From the NCBI GenBank assembly GCA_963813535.1, contig CAWEZH010000002.1:832001-896000 (forward strand): a stretch of DNA of 64,000 nt, written 5' to 3'. Both the position numbers and the translations under genes were made by a program. The notes under the pieces were generated by a model. It was not told where the DNA came from and made no database searches. It saw only the letters and a list, made by a program, of their open reading frames with translations. The number at the start of each line of letters is the position of its first letter. Positions within the stretch are counted from its first letter, which is position 1. Source of the DNA: an uncultured Chloroflexia bacterium (GTDB lineage: Bacteria > Chloroflexota > Limnocylindria > Limnocylindrales > CSP1-4). Shown here piece by piece: positions 30,548 through 40,310 of the stretch.

Positions 30548-31333
30548 TTGGGCGACTTCGACGGCAAGGTCATCGTCGTCACCGGCGCGGCTTCCTTCGT
30601 CGGTGAGGCCATCGGCGCGGTGCTCATCGAGGGTGGCGCCCAGGTGGTCCTGGCGGACCGGGATGCCGATCACGGGCAGGCGGTCGCCGAGGGTCTGGGC
30701 GACGCTGCCCAATTCGTCACCGCGGATGTCGCCAGCGATGCCGACCTCGACCGCCTCGTGGCGAGTGCCGTCGAGGGCTTCGGACGGCTGGACGGGGTCG
30801 TCGGCGGGAGCGCGAATTTCGAGGACGAACGCCTGGCGAGCGACCGCGCGATGTGGCAGCGGGTCCTGGACGTGAATGTCGCCTCCGCCGCGATGCTGAC
30901 CACGAAGGCCGTGGCAGCCATGCCGCCGGGCGGCGCGATCGTCCACATCGCATCGGTCAGCGGACATGTCTCGCAGCCGGCCCGGGTCGTCTACAACGTG
31001 TCGAAGGCGGCGCTCCTGATGCTCGTGAAGAGCGCAGCGCACCACCTCGCTCCGCAGCGCATCCGCGTCAACGCGGTGTCCCCCGGCTGGATGTGGAGTC
31101 GCAACATCGAGCGCCGCTATGGGACCCGCGAGCGGGCGGACGCCCTGGCCGCCGAGTTCCAGCCGTTGGGTCGGATGGCCGAGCCACGCGAAGTGGCCGA
31201 GGCGGTCGCCTTCCTGCTCTCGGAACGCGCCTCGTTCGTGACCGGCGCGGAGCTCATGGTCGACGGCGGCTACGCGACCATCGGGCCGGAGGCACTGGGT
31301 CAGCCGTTCGACAAGGTCCGGACCATCGTCTGA
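30548..31333 (+). CDS. SDR family oxidoreductase
   Basis: VTGAASFVG, YNVSK, RVNAVSPG, VDGG; TTG start. Confidence 0.9.
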   Translation: MGDFDGKVIVVTGAASFVGEAIGAVLIEGGAQVVLADRDADHGQAVAEGLGDAAQFVTADVASDADLDRLVASAVEGFGRLDGVVGGSANFEDERLASDRAMWQRVLDVNVASAAMLTTKAVAAMPPGGAIVHIASVSGHVSQPARVVYNVSKAALLMLVKSAAHHLAPQRIRVNAVSPGWMWSRNIERRYGTRERADALAAEFQPLGRMAEPREVAEAVAFLLSERASFVTGAELMVDGGYATIGPEALGQPFDKVRTIV

Positions 31334-31336
31334 ACG

Positions 31337-33922
31337 TCAGTCCGGCGAGCGCTCCCCGATCAACGCATCCAAGGTGGCGCGGGTCGACGTGAGGGACGAC
31401 GCCAGTCGCGCCCGCTCCGACGGCGAGTGCACCGCGGCCACGGACTCGACCCACGTGCGCGCCCCATCGATGATCGTGCCGATCACTGCCGCGTCCTCGA
31501 CAGAGAAGGGCCGCCGGCCGCCGACGTCGAGATAGACCGGGGAGCTGTGGGCGCCCATGCTCGTCGCGAAGGCCGAGCGGATGTGCTCGCGACTGGCGAC
31601 ACGGGCCGCAAGCCAGCCGCTGCCCGTGACCCTGATGCGCTCCGACAGGTCGACGCGGTCCGACCCGCCGCCATCCGCGACGGCGACGACACGCCCGTCG
31701 TGGATCACCTCGACCCGGTCGATGACGGATTGCGCGGCCCACGCGGTCGCGTGCACGTCGACCGTGCCGCCACGACGCCCCAGGCGGACGACATCGCCCG
31801 GCTCGTGCCCATCGACCCGGAGATCGATGAACGACCCCGACGAAACGAACGTCCGACCCGCTCGCACGGCATCGGCCCAGCCGTCGAACGACAGGGCCCG
31901 CTCCGGATCGAGCCGGGCGTACGTGCGGATCGCCCCGAGCGGGATCTCGGAGGACATCTTGTCCGTGCCACCCACGATCGGCAGGCGATAGCCGCAGGAC
32001 AGGAACCGGTACCACTCGCGGATCGACGGCCCGTCGGCACCCGGCGTCAGGGCCTGCATCTCCACGGCGTCGATCCGCCCGGAGACGATATCGGCGGCGA
32101 CCTCCGCATAGGGCAGCGGGAAATGGACCGCCACGGCCAGCCCGCCCTGGGCATGGACCGCGTCGGCCCAGTCGGCCATGAGCCACTCGAGCGCATCGCC
32201 CATCCTGGCCTCCGGCGGACCGGCGTTGGCCATGGGGAGCACCGCGTCCGGGGCCCCCAGGAGGCCGATGTGACCGAGCATGTTCTGCCGGTTCTCGCTG
32301 CCCATGACGACGAGGTGCTCGCCGGAGGGATCGCCCACCACGGCGACCGGGAGGTCGGTGACGCTCGTGTGGTGATCGCCCCACTGGGTCGCGAGCAGGT
32401 TGACGATGGCAACGCCTTCCGCCCGTGCCTGGAGCAGCGCCGACGTCGGCGAGATGAAGTGGACATGGCAGTCGACGGCTGTCCATCCGGCATCGTCCGC
32501 GTCGACGCGCTCGATCGGCAGGACCACCGGCGCTCGGTCGCCTCCGACCTCGATCGTGCGCCGCAGCGGCCGGTGGCCGAAGCCATGGACGACCTCGACG
32601 TCGACGGTCCCGATTGGCAGCAGGATCGGGAACCGTCCCGGGACGTACGCGTAGGTGTCATCGCCGAGGACCACGTCGGCGCCGAGATCCTCGTTGAGGC
32701 CGGGATTGACCTCGTCGCGATGTCCGAGCGGCGGGAGGTAGCGTCCATCCGGCGAAAGGAAACGGATCCGGGCGGGCATCGACCGGCCGCTGACGGCATC
32801 CACGATCTCGACCTCGATGCGCTGCGTCGGGGTCGGCAAGGCCTCGATCGTGATGCGGTCGAATCGCTTGCGCTTGCCCTCCGACGGGAGGCGATCGGCC
32901 GGCACCCGCGTCCGACCGACGGTCAGGGTCGCGTCCGGTGCCAGCGCGAGGTCGACATCGACCGCGCCGGCCTCGCTGGGCTCGGGGTCCATACCCCAAC
33001 CGATCACGCGCCGGTCACCGTGCACCCGCGGTCGCGGCGACGGTCGGCGCCGGAAGACCTGGCCGAGGTCGATCGCGACCGACGGCGCGGTGCGGCTGGG
33101 CCGATCGATGCGCAAGGTCCTCCGGGGCTCGACGGCGAGTGGTGAGGCGCTGCCGCGGAACGCGGTGACCGCACCGACCACGACACCCCCGCCCGCGCCG
33201 ACGTCGCCGAGCGGCGACATCCGGAGGCGGCGGGCGCTGTCGCCGCTCCCCGCCGGATCGCGCGGGATCTCCATCGTCATCAGCCAGAACGCGATGTCGC
33301 CCGTCGGGCTCGGCACCGAGTCGGAGACCCCGGTCTGGTCCGGACCCCAGCTCCCCGGCAGGATCCCGAGCAGACCGGCGTTACCCGGCTCGGCGTAGCC
33401 CGCCGGTCCGGGCACCGGGTGTGGCCCTCGCCAGTCGAGCGGCGTGTCCATCGGATGGGGCACCGCGGCGAAGGCCCCTTGGCCCCACCCGACGATCCCG
33501 TCGTTGATCTCGAACCGGCGCCGCACGTCCCGCTCGATGGTGCGTCCCGATGCGAGCTCGACCGTGTACCGCCCCAGTGGTTGCCCGACCGGCGTCACCC
33601 ACCCGACGGGCAGGTCGTCGGGACGGCCGGCGACCGGGTCCCGCCACGCGTCGCAGAAGTGAGCCACGACGACATGCGTTGCGTCCCGTGCGCCACGCAG
33701 GTCGATGACGACCTCGCGATCCAGCAGGAGCCAGGGCCGACGGGCGGTCGACGCGGCGAACGCGAACGGGATCCCGCGGAAGACCTGCCGTCCTCGGGGC
33801 AGGCGGCCGACGGGTCCGCCATAGACGGGATGGAGCGTCGACGCCAGGCTCTTCTCGCTCGTCCGGCGGGATCCTCGAAGGTCGATCGGCGTCGCGCGGG
33901 CGGTCACCCGGCGTGCCGTCAT
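31337..33922 (-). CDS. Large CehA/McbA-like PHP-fold metallohydrolase
   Basis: C-terminal DCHVH, ENRQNMLGHIG, VHFP, WYRFLSCG, GGTD, GRTFVS, AHSSPVY pattern. Confidence 0.7.
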   Translation of the reverse strand: MTARRVTARATPIDLRGSRRTSEKSLASTLHPVYGGPVGRLPRGRQVFRGIPFAFAASTARRPWLLLDREVVIDLRGARDATHVVVAHFCDAWRDPVAGRPDDLPVGWVTPVGQPLGRYTVELASGRTIERDVRRRFEINDGIVGWGQGAFAAVPHPMDTPLDWRGPHPVPGPAGYAEPGNAGLLGILPGSWGPDQTGVSDSVPSPTGDIAFWLMTMEIPRDPAGSGDSARRLRMSPLGDVGAGGGVVVGAVTAFRGSASPLAVEPRRTLRIDRPSRTAPSVAIDLGQVFRRRPSPRPRVHGDRRVIGWGMDPEPSEAGAVDVDLALAPDATLTVGRTRVPADRLPSEGKRKRFDRITIEALPTPTQRIEVEIVDAVSGRSMPARIRFLSPDGRYLPPLGHRDEVNPGLNEDLGADVVLGDDTYAYVPGRFPILLPIGTVDVEVVHGFGHRPLRRTIEVGGDRAPVVLPIERVDADDAGWTAVDCHVHFISPTSALLQARAEGVAIVNLLATQWGDHHTSVTDLPVAVVGDPSGEHLVVMGSENRQNMLGHIGLLGAPDAVLPMANAGPPEARMGDALEWLMADWADAVHAQGGLAVAVHFPLPYAEVAADIVSGRIDAVEMQALTPGADGPSIREWYRFLSCGYRLPIVGGTDKMSSEIPLGAIRTYARLDPERALSFDGWADAVRAGRTFVSSGSFIDLRVDGHEPGDVVRLGRRGGTVDVHATAWAAQSVIDRVEVIHDGRVVAVADGGGSDRVDLSERIRVTGSGWLAARVASREHIRSAFATSMGAHSSPVYLDVGGRRPFSVEDAAVIGTIIDGARTWVESVAAVHSPSERARLASSLTSTRATLDALIGERSPD

Positions 33923-33988
33923 CGGGATCCGCCGGCGGTCAGATCGATCGTCCGCACCAACCGCTGACCCTCCCGGCGACGCGTTTCG

Positions 33989-34035
33989 TTGACCCTCCAG
34001 CATGGGTATGCTAGCGTCCGCGCAACCGATTGCAC
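33989..34035 (+). promoter_or_regulatory. Promoter with LacI-type operator for the lacI-ABC operon
   Basis: TTGACC-N17-TAGCGT followed by GCGCAACCGATTGCAC (15/16 identical to the 23864 site). Confidence 0.8.
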
Positions 34036-34167
34036 AAGCCTCTGGATGCATCGCCAGCGCGGAGGGGCATCGCTCAGTTGCGTGCGTGTGGACGCCGGTC
34101 CGGCGGCAGGCCACGAGTGGCCGACGCCACGGCCGTGACCCGGCGAGATCCGAGCTAGCCCGACAGG

Positions 34168-35241
34168 ATGCGCCGTCCCCCAGAGCGTCGCGTCGTGCTG
34201 GCCGATGTCGCCCGCCAAGCGGGCACCTCGGAGGCCACCGCGTCGCGTGCGCTCAAGGACGATCCCCGCATCGGCGAGGCGACTCGCGCCGCCGTTCGCG
34301 CCGCCGCCCACAAGCTCGGGTACGTGCCGAACGCAGCCGCACGCAGCCTGCGCGCACAGCGGACGCATATCCTCGGTCTGCTGCTCGACGACCTCGCCGA
34401 CCCCGTTCACGGCAAGGTGGCAGCTGGCTTCGAGGAAGCTGCCGCAAGCCTCGGCTACGCCGTGTTCATGATGACCGGCCTCCACGACGAGGTTCGCGAG
34501 CAGCGCGCATTGCGGGCATTCGTCGAGCACCGAGCCGACGGTGTGGCCGTGACGTCATGCGTCACCGACCCGGCCGATGTGTACAGGCTGGTCCCCAGGG
34601 AGCGGGTGGTCTTCGTGCAGCCCGACTATCCGGCCCTCGCCGACGGCGCCGAGGTCCCGCCTCGGGGCGTCCTGCGGAGCGATGACGCAGGCGGGTTCAC
34701 GGCGGCTGTCGACCACCTCGTCGAGCAAGGCTACCGGCGGATCGTGTACGTCGGACCGGGCAGCGGGGCATCGGATGCGCTTCGGCGAGCCGCCGCAAGC
34801 GAAGCGTTGGATCGATCCGGGCTCGGGTCGATGTCCTTCGTCGACTCCGGTCCGAACGGATGGCGTGACGCGTCGGCGATCGCCGAGCAGATCGCCGCCG
34901 ATCCCCCGGAGGCGGTCATCTGCTACGACGACAAGCTGGCGCTGAGCATCCTCGATGCCCTGCGATCGACGGCGATCGAGGTTCCGGGGGACCTCGCCCT
35001 GGTCGGCTTCGACGGTATCCCGGCCGCGCGCCAGTCGCGCCCGCGACTCACCACCGTCGCCGTGCCGTCGGTCGAGATCGGGCGCCGAGCCGTGGAGATG
35101 CTGGTCGGCTCGCGCCGGGACGGCGGACCGCCGCCCTCCGAGGTGATGCCGGTACGCCTCGTCGTCGGCGAGAGCACACCGTCCGCCAGCACGAAGGTCG
35201 AGGTGACGCCTGTCGGACCGCGCCGCGTGGCCGCCGGATGA
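34168..35241 (+). CDS. LacI family transcriptional regulator
   Basis: LADVARQAGTSEATASRAL HTH, YVPNAAARSL, VGFDG, LTTV. Confidence 0.95.
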   Translation: MRRPPERRVVLADVARQAGTSEATASRALKDDPRIGEATRAAVRAAAHKLGYVPNAAARSLRAQRTHILGLLLDDLADPVHGKVAAGFEEAAASLGYAVFMMTGLHDEVREQRALRAFVEHRADGVAVTSCVTDPADVYRLVPRERVVFVQPDYPALADGAEVPPRGVLRSDDAGGFTAAVDHLVEQGYRRIVYVGPGSGASDALRRAAASEALDRSGLGSMSFVDSGPNGWRDASAIAEQIAADPPEAVICYDDKLALSILDALRSTAIEVPGDLALVGFDGIPAARQSRPRLTTVAVPSVEIGRRAVEMLVGSRRDGGPPPSEVMPVRLVVGESTPSASTKVEVTPVGPRRVAAG

Positions 35242-36383
35242 CCGACGTGGCCGGTGCCCCCGCGATCGAGCTGGTCGACGTGACCAAGCGCTACGGCGAT
35301 GCCGTCGCGCTCGACGGTATCTCGTTGCGCATCGAGTCCGGCGAGTTCTTCTGTCTCCTCGGACCGTCGGGTTGCGGCAAGACGACCACCCTCAACCTGA
35401 TCGGCGGCTTCATCCCGTTGACGTCCGGCGAGCTGCGTATCGAGGGACGTCGGGTGAACGACCTTCCGCCCCACCGCCGCAATGTCAATACCGTCTTCCA
35501 GAACTACGCGTTGTTCCCGCACATGTCGGTGGCCGACAACGTGGCGTTCGGCCTGCGCATGGAGAACCTCGACGCCCGCGAGGTCGACAGCCGCGTCGGT
35601 GAGTACCTCGAGCTCGTCGGGCTGGCCCCGTACCACGACCGCTACCCGACGCAGCTGTCGGGCGGCCAGGCACAGCGCGTCGCCCTGGCCCGGGCGCTCG
35701 CCAAGCGCCCGGCGGTGCTGCTGCTCGACGAGCCCCTGGGCGCCCTCGATCTCAAGTTGCGCAAGCAGATGCAGGTCGAACTGTCGCGCATCCACCGCCA
35801 GGTCGGCACGACCTTCGTGTTCGTCACCCACGACCAGGAAGAAGCCCTGTCGATGGCGACCCGCATCGCCGTCATGGCCGGTGGGCAGGTACGTCAGATC
35901 GGCTCGCCGCGCGAGATCTACCTCGGGCCGGTCGACCGCTTCGTGGCCGACTTCATCGGCGAATCGAATTTCCTCGCGGGCCGCGTCGCCGTCGATGCAG
36001 ACCGGACGACATTCGAGCTACGGGACGGCACCGTCGTCCCGGCACCAACGCCCGCGACGGCGGAGCGGAACGGCCATCTCTCGCTGATGGTCCGGCCGGA
36101 ATCGCTGGGCGTCGGGCGGCGCGCACCGGAAGGTCCCGTGGCCATCAAGGGCCGGGCGACGAACATCGCGTTCATGGGCAATCACACCAGGATCACGGTC
36201 CAGACCGACGCCGGGGTCCTCGTCGCACTTCGGTTCCATAGCGAGTCGGACGAACACGCTGCTGAGGAGGAGATGCTGGATCGAGAGGTGCATGTTTGGT
36301 GGGATCCCCGCGAGTCGACGGTGGTCGCCAGCGGTGACCTGTCCGAGACGGAGCAAGACCCTGGAGGAGGTGTCGAGGGATGA
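35238..36383 (+). CDS. ABC transporter ATP-binding protein (PotA-like)
   Basis: GPSGCGKT, VFQNYALFPH, LSGGQ, DEPLGALD, C-terminal TOBE-like region. Confidence 0.93.
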   Translation: MTDVAGAPAIELVDVTKRYGDAVALDGISLRIESGEFFCLLGPSGCGKTTTLNLIGGFIPLTSGELRIEGRRVNDLPPHRRNVNTVFQNYALFPHMSVADNVAFGLRMENLDAREVDSRVGEYLELVGLAPYHDRYPTQLSGGQAQRVALARALAKRPAVLLLDEPLGALDLKLRKQMQVELSRIHRQVGTTFVFVTHDQEEALSMATRIAVMAGGQVRQIGSPREIYLGPVDRFVADFIGESNFLAGRVAVDADRTTFELRDGTVVPAPTPATAERNGHLSLMVRPESLGVGRRAPEGPVAIKGRATNIAFMGNHTRITVQTDAGVLVALRFHSESDEHAAEEEMLDREVHVWWDPRESTVVASGDLSETEQDPGGGVEG

Positions 36384-37498
36384 ACGTGAACGACAGCTAC
36401 CTGTCACGGCGACGCTTTTTGCAAGCGTCCGCCGCGGCCGGTGTCGTGGTGGGCCTGGGGGGCATCACGGCAGCCTGCAACGCGATCGGTGGTGGCGGTA
36501 GCGCACAGACCGGGACATTCAACTGGATGACCTGGGGCGACCACTACATCGATACGCAGCTCAAGGCAATCGAGACGGCCGACAAGATCACCGCCAACAT
36601 CACCGAGCTCGCCGGCAACGCCGAGGGATTCGCCAAGCTCAAGGAAGTCAAGGGCGAGCTCGACATGATCTCGGGCGACGCGTTGTGGGTACCCGATGCC
36701 TACAACTCCGAGGGGCTGATCCAGCCGTTCGACATCAAGGAACTGAAGGTCTCCTCGCAGCTGTACCCGTTCGCGCGCGAGTTCCCGATCTGGACCACGC
36801 CCGAAGGCTATCTGGGCTATCCATTCGGCTGGTCCCCGATCAGCATCTACTACAACCCGGCGCAGGTCAGCCCGGAACCAGACTCCTGGTCGGTATTGCT
36901 CGACCCGAAGTACAAGGGCCGCATCGTCATCGAGAACCAACCCGAAGAGATCGTCGCGTACATGGGCAAGGCGGCCGGTTTCGAAGACGTCTACAACATG
37001 ACCGACGATCAGCTCGCGACCGTCAAGGGTCTGCTCGAACAGCTCAAGCCGAATGTCCTCAAGTTCGCCCAGCAGGCCACTGACAGCGTCAACTCCATGA
37101 TCAGCGAGGAAGCCTGGCTCATCACCGGTAACTTCGGGAACGAGGACCGCGTGAAGGACGGCGGCGGCCCCGAGATCAAGGGCTTCATCCCCAAGGAGGG
37201 CACCGTCGGCTGGATGGACGCCGAGATGATCGTCAAGGGAGGCGCCAACACCTCGTTGCTCTTCCCGTACCTCGAGAAGGCGGAGGTCGCCGAGAACATC
37301 GCCGCCAACTTCATCCAGCACGGACGTCCGCTGTTCAACGAGCAGGCCTACAAGGTGCTCGTGGACCAGGGCGAGAAGGATCGGGCGGACCGCTACCGGT
37401 ACAACGAGTCGGAGACCGTCCTGTCCCAGACGACGCTGAAGGGACCGGGCACCTCGACGGAGAAGTCGATCCAGCTCTTCAACGAGGTCTTCGGCTAG
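36380..37498 (+). CDS. ABC substrate-binding lipoprotein (PotD/PotF-like), Tat-exported
   Basis: SRRRFL twin-arginine motif, TAAC lipobox, WGDHYID, PKEGTVGWMD. Confidence 0.85.
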   Translation: MNVNDSYLSRRRFLQASAAAGVVVGLGGITAACNAIGGGGSAQTGTFNWMTWGDHYIDTQLKAIETADKITANITELAGNAEGFAKLKEVKGELDMISGDALWVPDAYNSEGLIQPFDIKELKVSSQLYPFAREFPIWTTPEGYLGYPFGWSPISIYYNPAQVSPEPDSWSVLLDPKYKGRIVIENQPEEIVAYMGKAAGFEDVYNMTDDQLATVKGLLEQLKPNVLKFAQQATDSVNSMISEEAWLITGNFGNEDRVKDGGGPEIKGFIPKEGTVGWMDAEMIVKGGANTSLLFPYLEKAEVAENIAANFIQHGRPLFNEQAYKVLVDQGEKDRADRYRYNESETVLSQTTLKGPGTSTEKSIQLFNEVFG

Positions 37499-37506
37499 TC
37501 CGGCCG

Positions 37507-38424
37507 ATGGCCAGCGAGATCGTCGGCGGGGTGAGCATCACCCCGCCGACACCCGTCGACCCCGGTCGCGGGGGGCTCCTGGGCCGGTTGGCGCCGTTCG
37601 TCCCGGCCGGGATCATCCTGATCGGCCTGTTCTTCGTGCCCCTCGCGGTGATGTTCGTCTTCTCGCTGTGGTCGACCGACGCGAACCTCGACATCATCCC
37701 GGTCTGGAGCCTCGAGAACTACGCGAACTTCTTCGCCAACGCGACGTATGTCCGATCGCTCTTCAAGACGATGGTCATCGGCGTGGCCGTCACGATCGCC
37801 TGCCTGGTGATCGCGTTCGCGGTCGCCTACTTCCTGGCTCGCTACGTCTCGCGCCGCTGGGCGAGGATCGCCCTGCTGATCATCATCGTGCCGTTCTGGA
37901 CGAGCTATCTGCTGCGGGTCTACTCGTGGCAGGCGATCCTCGGTGAGCGTGGCGCCCTCAACCAGGTGCTCATGGCACTCGGACTCATCGACGAACCGTC
38001 ACTCCTGTTCGTCTACAACGACTTCGGGACCTTCATCGTCCTCGTGTACGTCTATGTGCCGTTCGCGGCGCTGGTGCTGTATGCCTCGCTCGAACGATTC
38101 GACTTCACCCAGCTGACCGCCGCGCAGGACCTCGGTGCCCGCCCGATCCAGGCGTTTCGGCACATCCTGATGCCGCAGATCCGGCCGGGTCTGATCACCG
38201 CCTGCATCTTCGTCTTCATCCCGATCCTGGGCGAGTTCCTGACGCCATCGATGGTCGGCGGGGCGTCCGGCCTGCTCATCGCGAATCTCGTCGCCAACTT
38301 CTTCAAGAACGCCCTCATCCCCGAGGGCGCGGCGGTGGGCTTCCTGATCGCGGCCTTCGTGCTCGTGCTGCTCATCGTGTTCCGGCGCTACCTCCGGGTC
38401 GAGGACGTCTACGCCCGTGGCTGA
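37507..38424 (+). CDS. ABC permease (PotB-like)
   Basis: PFWTSYLLRVYSW, AAQDLGA EAA-loop. Confidence 0.92.
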   Translation: MASEIVGGVSITPPTPVDPGRGGLLGRLAPFVPAGIILIGLFFVPLAVMFVFSLWSTDANLDIIPVWSLENYANFFANATYVRSLFKTMVIGVAVTIACLVIAFAVAYFLARYVSRRWARIALLIIIVPFWTSYLLRVYSWQAILGERGALNQVLMALGLIDEPSLLFVYNDFGTFIVLVYVYVPFAALVLYASLERFDFTQLTAAQDLGARPIQAFRHILMPQIRPGLITACIFVFIPILGEFLTPSMVGGASGLLIANLVANFFKNALIPEGAAVGFLIAAFVLVLLIVFRRYLRVEDVYARG

Positions 38425-39280
38425 CCGCGTCGATCCGCTCGAGACGATGCCCGTCAGTCCCCACGCGGGGGCGACCCGCTGGAGCCTCCGGATCGTGTTC
38501 GGGGCACTCATCGTCTTCCTCTATCTGCCCATCGCCTTCATGGTCATCTTCTCGTTCGATGAGGGGGCCACGCCAGGACTCCCGATCACCGGCTTCACGC
38601 TCCAGTGGTACCAGGAGATGCTCGAGAACCGACAGCTCCTCCGGGCCGTCGGCAACTCGGTCACCGTGGCGGCTGTCGTGGCGGTCGCGGCGACGGTCAT
38701 CGGGACCATGGCCGCCTTCGTCCTCGTTCGCGGCGGCGTTCGCTACCCCAACGCCGCGCGGATCGCCTTCACGCTGCCGATCATGGTTCCCGGCGTGCTC
38801 ATCGGCGTGTCGCTGCTGATCTTCTTCGCCCGGGCGATGGACCTGCCCCTGTCGCTCGGCACGGTGATCGCGGGACAACTCGTGGTGACGGTGCCGTTCG
38901 TCGTCCTGATCGTCGCGAGCCGTCTGCAGAGCTTCGACCGATCGCTCGAGTGGGCGGCCGCCGACCTTGGGGCGTCGCCCCGGAAGACGATCCGCCACAT
39001 CGTGCTGCCCCTGATCGCCCCGGCGATCCTGGCGGGCGCCCTGATCAGCGTGACCCTGTCGATCGACGAGTTCGTCATCACCTGGTTCACCGTCGGAAAC
39101 CAGCCGACGCTGCCGACCTACATCTACACGCGCGTGAAGTTCGGGGTCACGCCCGAGGTGAACGCCGTGGCGACGGTCATGCTCGTCGTCACCCTCGGCA
39201 CGCTCGGACTGGCGGCGCTGGCCCTCGGACGCTTCCGCCGAGCCAGCGGTCGGATGCGCCGCCGGCGCACGACCGGCTGA
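38417..39280 (+). CDS. ABC permease (PotC-like)
   Basis: FLYLPI, EWAAADLGA, SIDEF, TPEVNA. Confidence 0.92.
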   Translation: MADRVDPLETMPVSPHAGATRWSLRIVFGALIVFLYLPIAFMVIFSFDEGATPGLPITGFTLQWYQEMLENRQLLRAVGNSVTVAAVVAVAATVIGTMAAFVLVRGGVRYPNAARIAFTLPIMVPGVLIGVSLLIFFARAMDLPLSLGTVIAGQLVVTVPFVVLIVASRLQSFDRSLEWAAADLGASPRKTIRHIVLPLIAPAILAGALISVTLSIDEFVITWFTVGNQPTLPTYIYTRVKFGVTPEVNAVATVMLVVTLGTLGLAALALGRFRRASGRMRRRRTTG

Positions 39281-40302
39281 TGCTGGCAGCGGTCTTCAAG
39301 GGCGGCGGGGTCGTCGAGCTCGAGGAGGTCCCCGAGCCGGTCGTCGAGCGCGGCGACGACGTCATCATCGACGTCGAGGCCTGCGGCATCTGCGGCAGCG
39401 ACCTCCAGATCCTCAACGTCCCGCCTGGGCATCCGGCGGACGCCGGCGTGGTCATGGGGCACGAGTTCATCGGGCGCGTCAGGGCTCTCGGCGCAGACGT
39501 CGACGGCCTGCGCGTCGGGCAGCGCGTGACGGCCGACCCGGATCCGAAGTGCGGGGTGTGCGGCCCGTGCCGGGCGGGGCGCCCGGCCAGCTGCGAGAAC
39601 GTGCGCGCCCTGGGCATCTTCCGCGACGGCGCGCTCGCCCGGTTCGTGAAGGCGCCGGCCGACGCCGTCTTCCCGCTGTCCGACGCGCCGTCCACCCGGG
39701 TCGCGGCACTGATCGAGCCGCTGGCGTGCGTCGTCAACGGCGTCAACAAGGCCAACCCACGGCCGGGCGAGAGTGCGGTCATCTTCGGGGCCGGGGCGAT
39801 CGGCTGCCTGTTCCTCGCGATGTTCAAGGCGGCCGGCGCCACGCCGGTCATCGTGGTGGAGCCGCAGGAGGCGCGGGCTGCGGTCGCCTCGGCCGTCGGC
39901 GCCGACGCGGTCGCCCATCCGGACGAGCTCGCCGAGCGACGCCGCGAGCTCCTGGCGTTCGGTGCGGACATCGTGGTCGACGCGGTCGGGAGCCAGTTCG
40001 GAGCGGCCGTCGAGCATGCGGCCCTGGGCGGTCGGATCGTGCTGTTCGGGCAGAACCAGACGGCCCGACCACCGATCCACCAGTACACCATCACCGAGCG
40101 GTCCCTCACGGTGCTCGGCTCCTACGTGACCGCCTTCACGTTCCCGACGGCGATCCGCCTGGTCGAGAGCGACGCGCTGCGGCTCGATCCGATCGTGACC
40201 CATGTCCTGCCGCTCGAGCAGCTCGCCGACGGCCTCGACCTGCTGCGCTCCGGTGCGGCCACCAAGGTCGTCATGACGCCCGCCGGCGGCGCGCAGGTCT
40301 GA
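39280..40302 (+). CDS. Zn-dependent medium-chain alcohol/polyol dehydrogenase
   Basis: CGICGSD, GHEF, CGVCGPC...C, EPLAC, GAGAIG. Confidence 0.93.
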   Translation: MLAAVFKGGGVVELEEVPEPVVERGDDVIIDVEACGICGSDLQILNVPPGHPADAGVVMGHEFIGRVRALGADVDGLRVGQRVTADPDPKCGVCGPCRAGRPASCENVRALGIFRDGALARFVKAPADAVFPLSDAPSTRVAALIEPLACVVNGVNKANPRPGESAVIFGAGAIGCLFLAMFKAAGATPVIVVEPQEARAAVASAVGADAVAHPDELAERRRELLAFGADIVVDAVGSQFGAAVEHAALGGRIVLFGQNQTARPPIHQYTITERSLTVLGSYVTAFTFPTAIRLVESDALRLDPIVTHVLPLEQLADGLDLLRSGAATKVVMTPAGGAQV

Positions 40303-40310
40303 TCCACCCC

